From the NCBI GenBank assembly GCA_965660775.1, contig CBFIBN010000001.1, positions 1 to 55,609 of the forward strand: a stretch of 55,609 nucleotides of DNA, given 5' to 3'. Positions 1-8,578 of this stretch are shown here, in pieces (position 1 is the stretch's first letter; the number at the start of each line of letters is the position of its first letter). Made by a program: the position numbers and the translations under genes. The notes beneath the pieces are model-generated. The model saw nothing but the letters and a program-made list of their open reading frames with translations. It had not been told where the DNA came from and made no database searches. The stretch comes from Arenicellales bacterium (GTDB taxonomy: Bacteria > Pseudomonadota > Gammaproteobacteria > Arenicellales > UBA868).

Positions 1-551
1 ATCTCAAAAAGCTCGTCCATAGTGCCAAAGCCCCCAGGAAAGAACACCACGGCCTTTGCCATATAGGCAAACCAAAATTTGCGCATGAAAAAATAATGAA
101 ACTCCAGCGATAGCTCACGGGTGATATGTGGATTATTCCCTTGCTCGTTCGGCAACGAGATTCCAAGGCCGATGTTTAGCCCATCGGCGTCCGAGGCGCC
201 CCGGTTAGCGGCTTCCATGATGCCCGGACCGCCGCCAGAGCAGACCACAAAACGCCGATGGCCTTCGGGCAGGCTCTTAGACCAGTGGGTAATCCTTTCG
301 GCCAATTCACGACAATCCTGGTAGTAGTGGGCCATCGCCTTCCAGTATTTCACCTGGGTATCATCATTGGGCAGTGGTCCAGGTTCGGCGCCATCAACAG
401 ATTCAGGGGCTCGTGCTGAGCCCATGAACACGATAGTGTCTTCGATTTGGTTTCGGGTAAACCGCGCAGACGGTTCAACAAATTCGGCAACGATGCGCAA
501 TAGTCGTGCATCGGGGCTATCAAGGAAATTAGTGTTCTTGTAGGCTTTCAT
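1..551 (-). CDS. LOG family (TIGR00730-like) nucleotide phosphoribohydrolase; 3' end runs off the window
   Basis: Not in the ORF track because it is truncated. Manual translation from ATG at 551 gives MKAYKNTNFLDSPDARLLRIVAEFVEPSARF...VFMGSAR...SGGGPGIMEAANRGA...FFPGGFGTMDELFE, containing the LOG PGGxGTxxE motif. A GGGAGG RBS lies at 561-566. Confidence 0.9.
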   Translation of the reverse strand, partial: MKAYKNTNFLDSPDARLLRIVAEFVEPSARFTRNQIEDTIVFMGSARAPESVDGAEPGPLPNDDTQVKYWKAMAHYYQDCRELAERITHWSKSLPEGHRRFVVCSGGGPGIMEAANRGASDADGLNIGLGISLPNEQGNNPHITRELSLEFHYFFMRKFWFAYMAKAVVFFPGGFGTMDELFE

Positions 552-655
552 TTTTATTTTCCTCCCAAAGCAGTTTTTTAACTGCCAAGGCAGTCACACG
601 CTCGGCACATGTTAACTTAGGCGATAGAGTGGAGTTCAGGGTTTTAATTTCTGCG

Positions 656-661
656 TATAAT
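656..661 (+). promoter_or_regulatory. Putative sigma70 -10 element for the oxidoreductase-sucCD-like operon
   Basis: Perfect TATAAT in an AT-rich patch of the divergent intergenic region; no convincing -35. Confidence 0.4.
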
Positions 662-828
662 GTATACCAGTAGTCAGGCACTCTAGGCGGCGGCCCAACT
701 AAGGAACCGATGCTCAAGCCCTAGTTCCAGTCAGAGACCGTAGAGTAGGATGCCAGTAGCTTGAGCTAGTTCTGGTCTGACAAGAGTGGACTTCACTGGA
801 AGTATTGAGAAAGACGGAGTCGAATCTG

Positions 829-1827
829 ATGAAAGCAATTGTCATTGATAGCTTTGGTGGCCCTGAAGTCATGCGGGTGGCATCTGTTCCTGAGCCGACC
901 CCCGGGCCAGGACAGGTATTGGTGCGCGTAGTCGCCACCAGCGTTAACCGGCCAGACGTGGTCCAGCGCCAGGGCAATTATCCACCGCCGCCGGGGGACT
1001 CAAATATCCTGGGGCTGGAAATCGCAGGTACAGTGGTGGCCCTTGGGGACGGAGTAGATCAGTGGCGTTGTGGGGACCGCGTGATGGGCCTGGTGGGTGG
1101 TGGAGCCTACGCTGAGTTTGCAGTTGCCTGGCCTGGACACTTAATGAGAATCCCAGAAAGTATGAGCTGGGAGCAGGCGGCTTGCGTAAGCGAGACTTAC
1201 ATTACCGCCCATCTTAATCTCTTTCAATTTCCCGGCCTTTTTGAGGGGCAGCAAGTGTTGCTTCATGGCGGGGGCGGTGGGGTGAATACCGCAGCTATTC
1301 AATTGTGTCGCGCGCTCGCGCCGTCAGTGACAATTCTGGTAACCGCATCGACAACGAAGGTTCAGCGGGTAAGAGATCTCGGCGTGGATTATGTCATCGA
1401 TTATCAGCAACAGGACTTCCAAGAAGAGGTAGCGCAGCTGACGGACGGTCGTGGGGTAGACGTTATCCTCGATCACATTGGCGCGGCATACCTGCATGGC
1501 AACCTCAAATCTCTCGCTGTGAATGGCACTTTGATGCTAATTGGCGTGATGGGCGGGGTAAAAAACGATCTCAACCTTGCACAACTGATGGTCAAGCGGC
1601 AGAAGATCGCAGGCTCGGTCCTGCGCCCGAGGCCGGTTGACGAAAAGGCAGCCATTATCAGCCGTTTTGCGAGCGAGACACTGGGTTTGTTTTCCGATGG
1701 AAAAATAATTCCCCTGGTACATAAGGTCTTCTCCTTGGAGGAGGTTGTCGAGGCTCACCAATTGATGGAGTCGTCTGGCCACTTCGGAAAATTAGTACTC
1801 ATTGTCGATAGAGAAGCCTCATTGTGA
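829..1827 (+). CDS. NAD(P)H-quinone oxidoreductase, PIG3 family (MDR superfamily)
   Basis: VNRPDVVQRQGNYPPPPG, ILGLEIAG, HGGGGGV nucleotide-binding loop and C-terminal HFGKLVL. ATG at 829 follows a GGAG RBS. Confidence 0.9.
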   Translation: MKAIVIDSFGGPEVMRVASVPEPTPGPGQVLVRVVATSVNRPDVVQRQGNYPPPPGDSNILGLEIAGTVVALGDGVDQWRCGDRVMGLVGGGAYAEFAVAWPGHLMRIPESMSWEQAACVSETYITAHLNLFQFPGLFEGQQVLLHGGGGGVNTAAIQLCRALAPSVTILVTASTTKVQRVRDLGVDYVIDYQQQDFQEEVAQLTDGRGVDVILDHIGAAYLHGNLKSLAVNGTLMLIGVMGGVKNDLNLAQLMVKRQKIAGSVLRPRPVDEKAAIISRFASETLGLFSDGKIIPLVHKVFSLEEVVEAHQLMESSGHFGKLVLIVDREASL

Positions 1828-1877
1828 CCACCCAGATTTTTTCAGGCGCGGTCGCTTGGCATCTGTGTTGAATCGTC

Positions 1878-3146
1878 ATGTACCTTTTTGAGTATCAGGC
1901 CAAGGATCTTATGCGCCAGTGGGGTATCCCGGTGCTGCCCGGGGCTGTCGCGATCACAGAGGTCCAAGCTCGAGAGGTTGCTCAGGAGCTCGGGTGCGGC
2001 CCCTGGGCGGTTAAAGCACAGATTTATGCGGGAGGCCGCGCTCAAGGCAGTTTTAGTGATGCGCCCCGCTCTGGAGGAATTCGCTTTTCGGACTCATTGG
2101 ATGGCGTTCATTCCGCTGCCGCTTCGATGTTGGGTGCAACCTTGGTTACTCCGCAGACGGGGGCCGCTGGTCAATGCGTTAGCGCGGTATACATTGAACC
2201 CCAAGTAAAGACCCAGGGGGAATTGTTTGTTGCATTACTGGTCGATGGTGAGTCTGGAGAGATTGTCTGCTTGGCGACACCCCGCGGTGGGGAGAATATC
2301 GAAGAACAGGTTCGCTATACCCCTGAAAGCCTCATCAAGACATCGCTGGGATCGGGTTCCGAAATTGCGGAGCAGGTTGGTGTGCGAATAGGTTCGGCAC
2401 TGGGACTTGAGCAAGCCTCTTGTACTATCTTTGCCGATATCCTTCAACGCATGTATCAGTTGTTTGTGACTCACGACCTTTCACTGATTGAGATAAATCC
2501 GCTCGGCATAGAGGAAAACGGTCGGTTGATAGCGCTGGATGGACGAATGGCTGTGGATAACAACGCATTGTTTCGTCAACCCAAGATGGCTTCGCTCAGC
2601 TCACGGGCTGAAACCGACGCTATGGAGGAGTCTGCTTCGCGTTACGGCTTTAATTACATTCGTTTGGATGGCAACGTGGGCACATTTTCCAGCGGCGCCG
2701 GGCTGGCCATGGCGACTCTTGATGCCGTTGTGGACCTGGGTGGTAAGCCTGCGAACTTTCTCGACGTGCCTCCTGTACTTGAAGTTAGCCGGGTTAAACA
2801 GGCATTTTTGTTAGCGTTGACTGACTCGCGTCTACGCTGTTTGCTGCTCAATATTTTTGGAGCCGGCATTATGCGCTGCGATACGATTGCCGATGGCCTA
2901 CTGCTTGCGCATCTTGAAAAACCGATAACAGTGGATATTGTCGCGCGCCTCGCGGGCACCAATGCAGAGCTGGCGATTTCCCGCCTTGAACGATCAGGTT
3001 TGCCGATTCATTTTTCGTCAGATCTGGCATCTGCGGCAAAAGCGGCCGTTGAGTTAGCCGCTACGCCGGGTCGCCCAAAGCCTCGTGGCACGATCGTCGG
3101 CCAGATTGGCCGCTGGCTTAACAGTCCGGGGCGCCGCGGGCGATGA
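1878..3146 (+). CDS. sucC: Succinate/malate--CoA ligase (ADP-forming) beta subunit-like protein, divergent paralogue
   Basis: EYQAK, VKAQIYAGGR, IEINPL, DNNALFRQ, GAGLAMAT, ANFLDV and RLAGTN motifs; several substrate-loop residues are atypical. Confidence 0.8.
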   Translation: MYLFEYQAKDLMRQWGIPVLPGAVAITEVQAREVAQELGCGPWAVKAQIYAGGRAQGSFSDAPRSGGIRFSDSLDGVHSAAASMLGATLVTPQTGAAGQCVSAVYIEPQVKTQGELFVALLVDGESGEIVCLATPRGGENIEEQVRYTPESLIKTSLGSGSEIAEQVGVRIGSALGLEQASCTIFADILQRMYQLFVTHDLSLIEINPLGIEENGRLIALDGRMAVDNNALFRQPKMASLSSRAETDAMEESASRYGFNYIRLDGNVGTFSSGAGLAMATLDAVVDLGGKPANFLDVPPVLEVSRVKQAFLLALTDSRLRCLLLNIFGAGIMRCDTIADGLLLAHLEKPITVDIVARLAGTNAELAISRLERSGLPIHFSSDLASAAKAAVELAATPGRPKPRGTIVGQIGRWLNSPGRRGR

Positions 3147-4024
3147 GCATCCTTGTTGACAGTGCCACCCGTGTGATTTTCCAGGGCGTTACTGGCCGAC
3201 AAGGCTCCTTTCATGCCGAGCGGGCGCTAGCCACTGGTACCCGGGTCGTCGCCGGCGTGCGCATGGGGAAAGGGGGCACGAGTCATTTGGGTATCCCGGT
3301 TTTTGATCGGGTTCGTGACGCGGTCAGTGAGACTGGAGCTACAGCCAGCGTGATTTTTGTGCCCCCGGCGAACGCGGCCGATGCGATTGAAGAAGCCATC
3401 GACGCCGGTATTAGTCTGGTGGTCTGTGTCACAGAAAGAATTCCTATACTGGATATGGTTCGGGTTCGCTCAAAAATTAAAAGTTCAAATACGGTGTTGG
3501 TGGGCCCCAATACCCCAGGCATCGCCGTGCCCGGGCAGTGCACTCTGGGGATAATGCCGCAGGGCATTTTCCTGGCTGGCCGTGTCGGTATCGTCTCGCG
3601 ATCCAGTACACTGACCTACGAGGCGGTTGAACAGACGACTCGTAATGGCCTTGGCCAGTCGACCTGTATCGGTATCGGTGCAGATCCGGTTTTTGGCCTC
3701 TCATTCGTGGACTGCATTGAACGGTTCAACGCGGATCCACAGACCGATGGCATTATCCTCATAGGGGAGGTTGGCGGCAGTTCGGAGGAAACTGCCGCCG
3801 CTTATCTGACCGATATTGAAAACTCCAAGCCAGTGGTGGCTTACATCGCCGGGCAGTCGGTTCCTGTTGGCCGTCGCATAGGTCACGCGGGCACTATCAT
3901 GCATTATGGCACCGGTACTGCCGAGTCTAAGATGGACGCCTTGGCTTGTGCCGGGGCTACGGTCGTTCGTTCCCCCGTGCAGATCGGTGAACAGATGGCA
4001 AGCCTGATAGACAACGGTTTGTGA
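3143..4024 (+). CDS. sucD: Succinate--CoA ligase alpha subunit-like protein, divergent
   Basis: MSILVD, QGVTG, GKGG, GPNxPG, TLTYEA, IGEVGG and the phospho-His motif GHAG. ATGA overlap with the beta subunit gene. Confidence 0.85.
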   Translation: MSILVDSATRVIFQGVTGRQGSFHAERALATGTRVVAGVRMGKGGTSHLGIPVFDRVRDAVSETGATASVIFVPPANAADAIEEAIDAGISLVVCVTERIPILDMVRVRSKIKSSNTVLVGPNTPGIAVPGQCTLGIMPQGIFLAGRVGIVSRSSTLTYEAVEQTTRNGLGQSTCIGIGADPVFGLSFVDCIERFNADPQTDGIILIGEVGGSSEETAAAYLTDIENSKPVVAYIAGQSVPVGRRIGHAGTIMHYGTGTAESKMDALACAGATVVRSPVQIGEQMASLIDNGL

Positions 4025-4255
4025 GCCAAGAAACTTGCACACTGAACGCCAGTGGAACTAAACAGAGGCTGAGTCAGTTAGTTGTTGTTACGGCCGTTCC
4101 GCACAACCCAAGCGGCTTCATTATGTTTCGATTCGCGACGCCGACCCCAAGAACACTGAGTATGCCTACTGCCAGCGGGCACGGCGGGTACGGGTACCTA
4201 TTCAGGGGTTTATTGCCCTTTTGCCGCCGCTGGGTATCACTTAGTCCTTTCCCAC

Positions 4256-4999
4256 TCACTCAAGCATTGTGCTGTGTTCGAGTACCACGGTCGCCTTGAC
4301 CTTACCCTTGTGTTCCTGGCGCAATTGGATCGCTGTGAAATGCGGTTTCGATGCAAACCAGTAATACAGCTCGCGCGAGCTGCCCCGGTCAATAAAGAAT
4401 CGCGTGGTCACAACAGATTGCCCGGCAATCTCAAGAGTCTCGGACTCCTGCTCAATAAATAGGTAGTCACGAATTCGATCGCCCTCGTGCACAAGATAGT
4501 GCGGTGCCCGTTGACCGCGTGAGAATTCGAGGCGAGCCATCAGTTCAAAGGTCAGCGGATCCTGCATGCCTGACTTAAGCGGAAAGGCCTGTTCTTTATT
4601 TTTGGCGAACCCCCGGCTGAGGCCGGACGTCCAATCGAACTCAATACGGATATCACGCTTGTGATTGTTCTGGCCGTCGCCAACGGTATAGAGCAGGGGG
4701 CGGATCACGCCATCGTGCATTTCGAACCGGGAGACCTCGTAAACCGGGCCAAAACCCGACAACCGGGCAAAACCTTTAAGCTTGGTCGTTGAGCGCAGAA
4801 TATAGTCAGACCCGGTGCGTTCCAGGGATACTACCCGTGATGCCTTAAACCCAGAGTAGTCGACGGAGTAGTGGGATTGGAACGGGGCCAAGACGATACT
4901 GCTGGCAACTGTAGAGGTGCAAAAAAATCCTAGCAGAGCCACAGTGACTACTGAGGTAAGCCTGTGACCGAGACGGGAGAGCACAAGAAGACAGGTCAT
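4256..4999 (-). CDS. DUF3108-like exported protein
   Basis: Hydrophobic N-terminal signal-like segment, a beta-rich body, QDPLT motif and YYWFA near the C-terminus, resembling DUF3108. Confidence 0.6.
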   Translation of the reverse strand: MTCLLVLSRLGHRLTSVVTVALLGFFCTSTVASSIVLAPFQSHYSVDYSGFKASRVVSLERTGSDYILRSTTKLKGFARLSGFGPVYEVSRFEMHDGVIRPLLYTVGDGQNNHKRDIRIEFDWTSGLSRGFAKNKEQAFPLKSGMQDPLTFELMARLEFSRGQRAPHYLVHEGDRIRDYLFIEQESETLEIAGQSVVTTRFFIDRGSSRELYYWFASKPHFTAIQLRQEHKGKVKATVVLEHSTMLE

Positions 5000-5102
5000 G
5001 GGGCTACGGTTTGTTGATCAAGAGCACGCGGAGGTAGACTGGAGGGCGCTTTCGGGTCACGCTGGAGGCCGGTAAGGCCAATTTTCAGGAGTTGATTGTA
5101 CC

Positions 5103-5849
5103 GTGAAAATTCGACTGGTGATTTACAACATTCATAAGTGTATTGGCGGAATTGATCGGCGCTACGATCTGCCGCGTATTGTCGAAGTGATAAATCATTA
5201 CCATCCGGATATCGTCCTTTTGCAAGAAGTGGTCCGATATAGCAGGTCGTCTGCGAATGTTCATCAGGTTGATGTATTGGGCGAAGCGATTGGATTGAAT
5301 CATCGGCTTTGGGTAGCAAATGTGAAGGCTCGAACCGGTCACGGTTACGGTAATGCGATCCTCAGTCGTTGGCCACTGCTTGACGACAACAATATTGATC
5401 TAACTATTGGCCCAAAAAAGCGCCGCAGCGCCCTTCATGCTCGGGTACGGGTATCATTGGGTGATAACCCCCCGGGCGAGGCTCGAAGTCGCACCCTGCA
5501 TCTGTTTAATCTGCATCTGGGCCTGTCGGGAATCGAGCGAAGGATGCAGTTAAAGAAAATGCTGGGTCATCCGACTTTTGCCCGAATCGCCCACGACACA
5601 CCCACCCTCGTTGCTGGTGATCTCAATGACATTTGGGGCGCTTTAGGGCGTCAGGTGATGCATCCGGCAGGATTTTTTGGCACCGGGCGAATGCCGCGTA
5701 CTTTTCCAGCTTATGCGCCGGTACGGCCACTAGACAGCCTTTATGTGCGCGGCGCCCTGGAAATTGATAGCTTGTTGCCTTCGCGACTGAGTCTCGCACG
5801 ACAGGCTTCTGATCACCTGCCTTTGATTGCAGACCTCCGATTAGTCTGA
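5103..5849 (+). CDS. Endonuclease/exonuclease/phosphatase (EEP) family hydrolase, YbhP-like
   Basis: YNIHK, LQEV, GNAILSRWP, HLGL, GDLN and SDHLP motifs. Confidence 0.9.
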   Translation: MKIRLVIYNIHKCIGGIDRRYDLPRIVEVINHYHPDIVLLQEVVRYSRSSANVHQVDVLGEAIGLNHRLWVANVKARTGHGYGNAILSRWPLLDDNNIDLTIGPKKRRSALHARVRVSLGDNPPGEARSRTLHLFNLHLGLSGIERRMQLKKMLGHPTFARIAHDTPTLVAGDLNDIWGALGRQVMHPAGFFGTGRMPRTFPAYAPVRPLDSLYVRGALEIDSLLPSRLSLARQASDHLPLIADLRLV

Positions 5850-5851
5850 GA

Positions 5852-6679
5852 TCAGGATTGCAGCCCGAGGATCTGGCGAGCTTCTGCCGTGCTGGCTGGA
5901 TGACGATTGTAATTGGAGCACAGGCCAGCCACCCGCCCGACAAGTTCGGCGTTGCTTTGGGCGAGGCGCGACTTATCAAAACGCAGATTATCCTCAAGCC
6001 CTGTCCTGCAGTGGCCGCCCATCTCCAACGCCCAGTGATTCACCTCGAGTTGCCCGCGGCCTACCCCCGCCGCAGTCCAGGTTGCATCCGGCATAACAGT
6101 CGATAGTTGGGCAAGTTCGAATTCAAGAATCTCTCGTCGTGGGGGTAGGGCGTTCGGTACTCCCATCACAAACTGCACGTGAACCGGGGCTTTGATCAGG
6201 CTCCGTTTTACCAGTGCGGCGGCCGAGTAAAGCATCGACAGATCGAATACTTCGACCTCCGGTTTGATGTGATGTTTCAGCATGTTGCCAGCCAGTTGAT
6301 CAATGAGTTCCGGGTGGTTCTCATAAATCATTCCAGGAAAGTTCACCGAACCGGTTGCCAGAGAGGCCATGTCGGGCACAAGGTGTAGCATAGAGCCGCG
6401 CTGGCCAGCTTCGCGGCCTCGCCCACCAGTGGAAAACTGAATGATGATTCCAGGGCAGTGCTTTTTAATTCCCTCTTGCACGAGGGCAAAACGCTGTGGA
6501 TCCGAGGAGGGGTTCTCTTGCTCATCACGTACATGGATATGGACCAGGCTCGCGCCGGCTTCAAAAGCAGCGTGAGTTGATTCCACCTGCTCGGTGGTAC
6601 TGATCGGTACAGCAGAATTGTCCTTTTTTCTGGGGACTGCACCAGTAATGGCAACGGTAATAATGCAGGGCTGGGTCAT
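5852..6679 (-). CDS. 3-keto-5-aminohexanoate cleavage enzyme family protein (BKACE/DUF849)
   Basis: IITVAITGA, HIHVRD zinc motif, STGG, GSVNF and RTGLEDN. Confidence 0.9.
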   Translation of the reverse strand: MTQPCIITVAITGAVPRKKDNSAVPISTTEQVESTHAAFEAGASLVHIHVRDEQENPSSDPQRFALVQEGIKKHCPGIIIQFSTGGRGREAGQRGSMLHLVPDMASLATGSVNFPGMIYENHPELIDQLAGNMLKHHIKPEVEVFDLSMLYSAAALVKRSLIKAPVHVQFVMGVPNALPPRREILEFELAQLSTVMPDATWTAAGVGRGQLEVNHWALEMGGHCRTGLEDNLRFDKSRLAQSNAELVGRVAGLCSNYNRHPASTAEARQILGLQS

Positions 6680-6979
6680 ATCGATCTATGCAAAAAGAGG
6701 AAAGGGCAACCATACACGCACAAAGCCTCATAGCAAACCCCGTTCTTCAAAAAACCCGTATCAGGCTGAAGGTTCCGAAGCGGATCAGGCGCAGTGCGAT
6801 CACCAAGGCGGGCTATGGAATGGACCGTTGGATCAGATCTGTCGCCCGAGTGAGCCGTCTTAAACTCATTTTTCATGTATCCTTCTCTCATACATGATTA
6901 ACATGCAGGCCGCTGTGCAACCTGATTCAGATAAGCAACCACGCATCACGATGGTTTTCGAATCGCCAATGGTGATTAG

Positions 6980-7621
6980 TTGATTCCTTTACTTGCCCAG
7001 GGGCAGTGGGTTCTGTTTGCGGTCATTCTGGTGGCGCTGGTGGTGTCCTTGTCGTTCCATGAGTTCGGTCACGCTTTTGTTGCACTTCGCTTCGGCGATG
7101 ACACCGCTCGTCGTGCCGGGCGGTTGACCATTAACCCGCTGGCCCACATTGACCCTATGGGCCTGTTGATGGTGGTTTTTGTCGGTTTTGGCTACGCCAA
7201 ACCTGTGCCGACTGACCCTCGCCGATTTACCTCGCGCTACGCCGACTTGCTGGTGGCAGCTGCCGGGCCTGCTATGAATTTACTGTTGGCCATTATCAGT
7301 ATCAATGCTTATCTCATATTGTTGGATTGGGGGTGGTTGGATCTTTCCAGCCCGGGTCCTCGCCTGTTTTTCATCTATCTTGCGCAAATTAACCTGTTGT
7401 TGATGATGTTCAACTTATTGCCGGTCGGTGCGCTCGATGGACATTACATTCTGCCTTACCTGCTCCCTCGCGCCTTATCCCGGGCTTATCGTTATTACAA
7501 TGGGCGCTATGGCAATTGGGCCTTGTTGGCTCTGATCCTGTTGGCGTTCATGGGCGTTCCGATTTTCTCAACGATCAGTGGGTTCAGCGCGGCTTTGCTA
7601 CCCCTGATTGCTTGGGGTTAG
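6980..7621 (+). CDS. Site-2 protease family (M50) membrane metalloprotease
   Basis: HEFGH zinc motif, AGPAMN, FNLLPVGALDG and hydrophobic segments. Confidence 0.9.
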   Translation: MIPLLAQGQWVLFAVILVALVVSLSFHEFGHAFVALRFGDDTARRAGRLTINPLAHIDPMGLLMVVFVGFGYAKPVPTDPRRFTSRYADLLVAAAGPAMNLLLAIISINAYLILLDWGWLDLSSPGPRLFFIYLAQINLLLMMFNLLPVGALDGHYILPYLLPRALSRAYRYYNGRYGNWALLALILLAFMGVPIFSTISGFSAALLPLIAWG

Positions 7622-7638
7622 AGTGAAGCCGGTGGCTT

Positions 7639-8307
7639 TTGGCGAAAATAGTGTCTGAAGATTCTCAAAATAACGATATCGCCTCACAATCATCCGCGAG
7701 GCTGCTGGCACGGGCTTACGGTTTAAAGAGTCCCGACCAGGCCCGAGCGCTGTATCGCGATTGGGCCGAAACTTACGATGTCCACCTGGAGAATGGGCTG
7801 GGGTATATCGCGCCCGCCCAGATTGCTGCAATGCTCGACGAGGCGCTTGAGGATCGCGCTGCTCGAATTCTGGATGTGGGATGTGGTACAGGCCTGGTCG
7901 GGGAACACCTGAAGGCTCTTGGATTCAGCTCTATCGACGGGCTCGATTTTTCCCCCCAGATGCTGGCGGCCGCGGCTGAAAAAGGTATATACCACGAGTT
8001 GCTTGAGTCGGATCTCGAGGGAACACTGGGTATTGCTGATGCCATCTATGATGCGGGAATATCCTGCGGCACCTTCACCCACGGCCATGTCGGGCCCGGG
8101 GCGCTGAATGAGATTTTCCGAGTGCTTCGCAGTGGAGCTGTGTTCGCCTGCACGATTCATGCCCACCTGTGGGTTGATGCCGGTTTCGCGCAGCACATAG
8201 CGGCACTCGAGGCGGCTGGAATCATTAAGGTCGAAAATATTGTCGACCAGCCCTATTTTGAAGCCGCAGAGTCTGACGGAAAATTCTGCCTGATGCGAAA
8301 AACCTGA
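7639..8307 (+). CDS. Class I SAM-dependent methyltransferase
   Basis: LDVGCGTG motif I, GLDFSPQML and an N-terminal YxxWAxTYD. Confidence 0.85.
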   Translation: MAKIVSEDSQNNDIASQSSARLLARAYGLKSPDQARALYRDWAETYDVHLENGLGYIAPAQIAAMLDEALEDRAARILDVGCGTGLVGEHLKALGFSSIDGLDFSPQMLAAAAEKGIYHELLESDLEGTLGIADAIYDAGISCGTFTHGHVGPGALNEIFRVLRSGAVFACTIHAHLWVDAGFAQHIAALEAAGIIKVENIVDQPYFEAAESDGKFCLMRKT

Positions 8308-8394
8308 GGACCTGACAGACAGTTGCCTTCAATGGCTTGGCCCGGTGTTAAAATTGCTGGCATGCCGGGATCAACGCCTGGTGTAAATCGATAT

Positions 8395-8510
8395 GGCGGC
8401 GGCGGTCGGTCTCCCCGGTGGCGGAAGGTTGTGAACCCGGTCAGGTCCGGAAGGAAGCAGCCGTAGCATCCGAATCGGGTGCTGGGGTCAGGCTGGCTGG
8501 CGCCGTCTCC
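8395..8510 (+). ncRNA. ffs: Signal recognition particle 4.5S RNA
   Basis: Contains the conserved domain IV sequence TCAGGTCCGGAAGGAAGCAGCC; the 5' and 3' ends are complementary; it lies directly upstream of dnaX. An extended -10-like TGTTAAAAT sits at 8346-8354. Ends are approximate. Confidence 0.95.
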
Positions 8511-8578
8511 AATTCGATCCGAGGCAACCATCAAGCGTCAGGGACAAAGATGCGTTTCTACTTTTCAATCAAGTTCTC

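Noticed and set aside
4074-4259. 61-aa minus-strand ORF after the DUF3108-like gene
   Set aside because: No recognisable motif, and it overlaps a strong stem-loop region; not supportable as a CDS.
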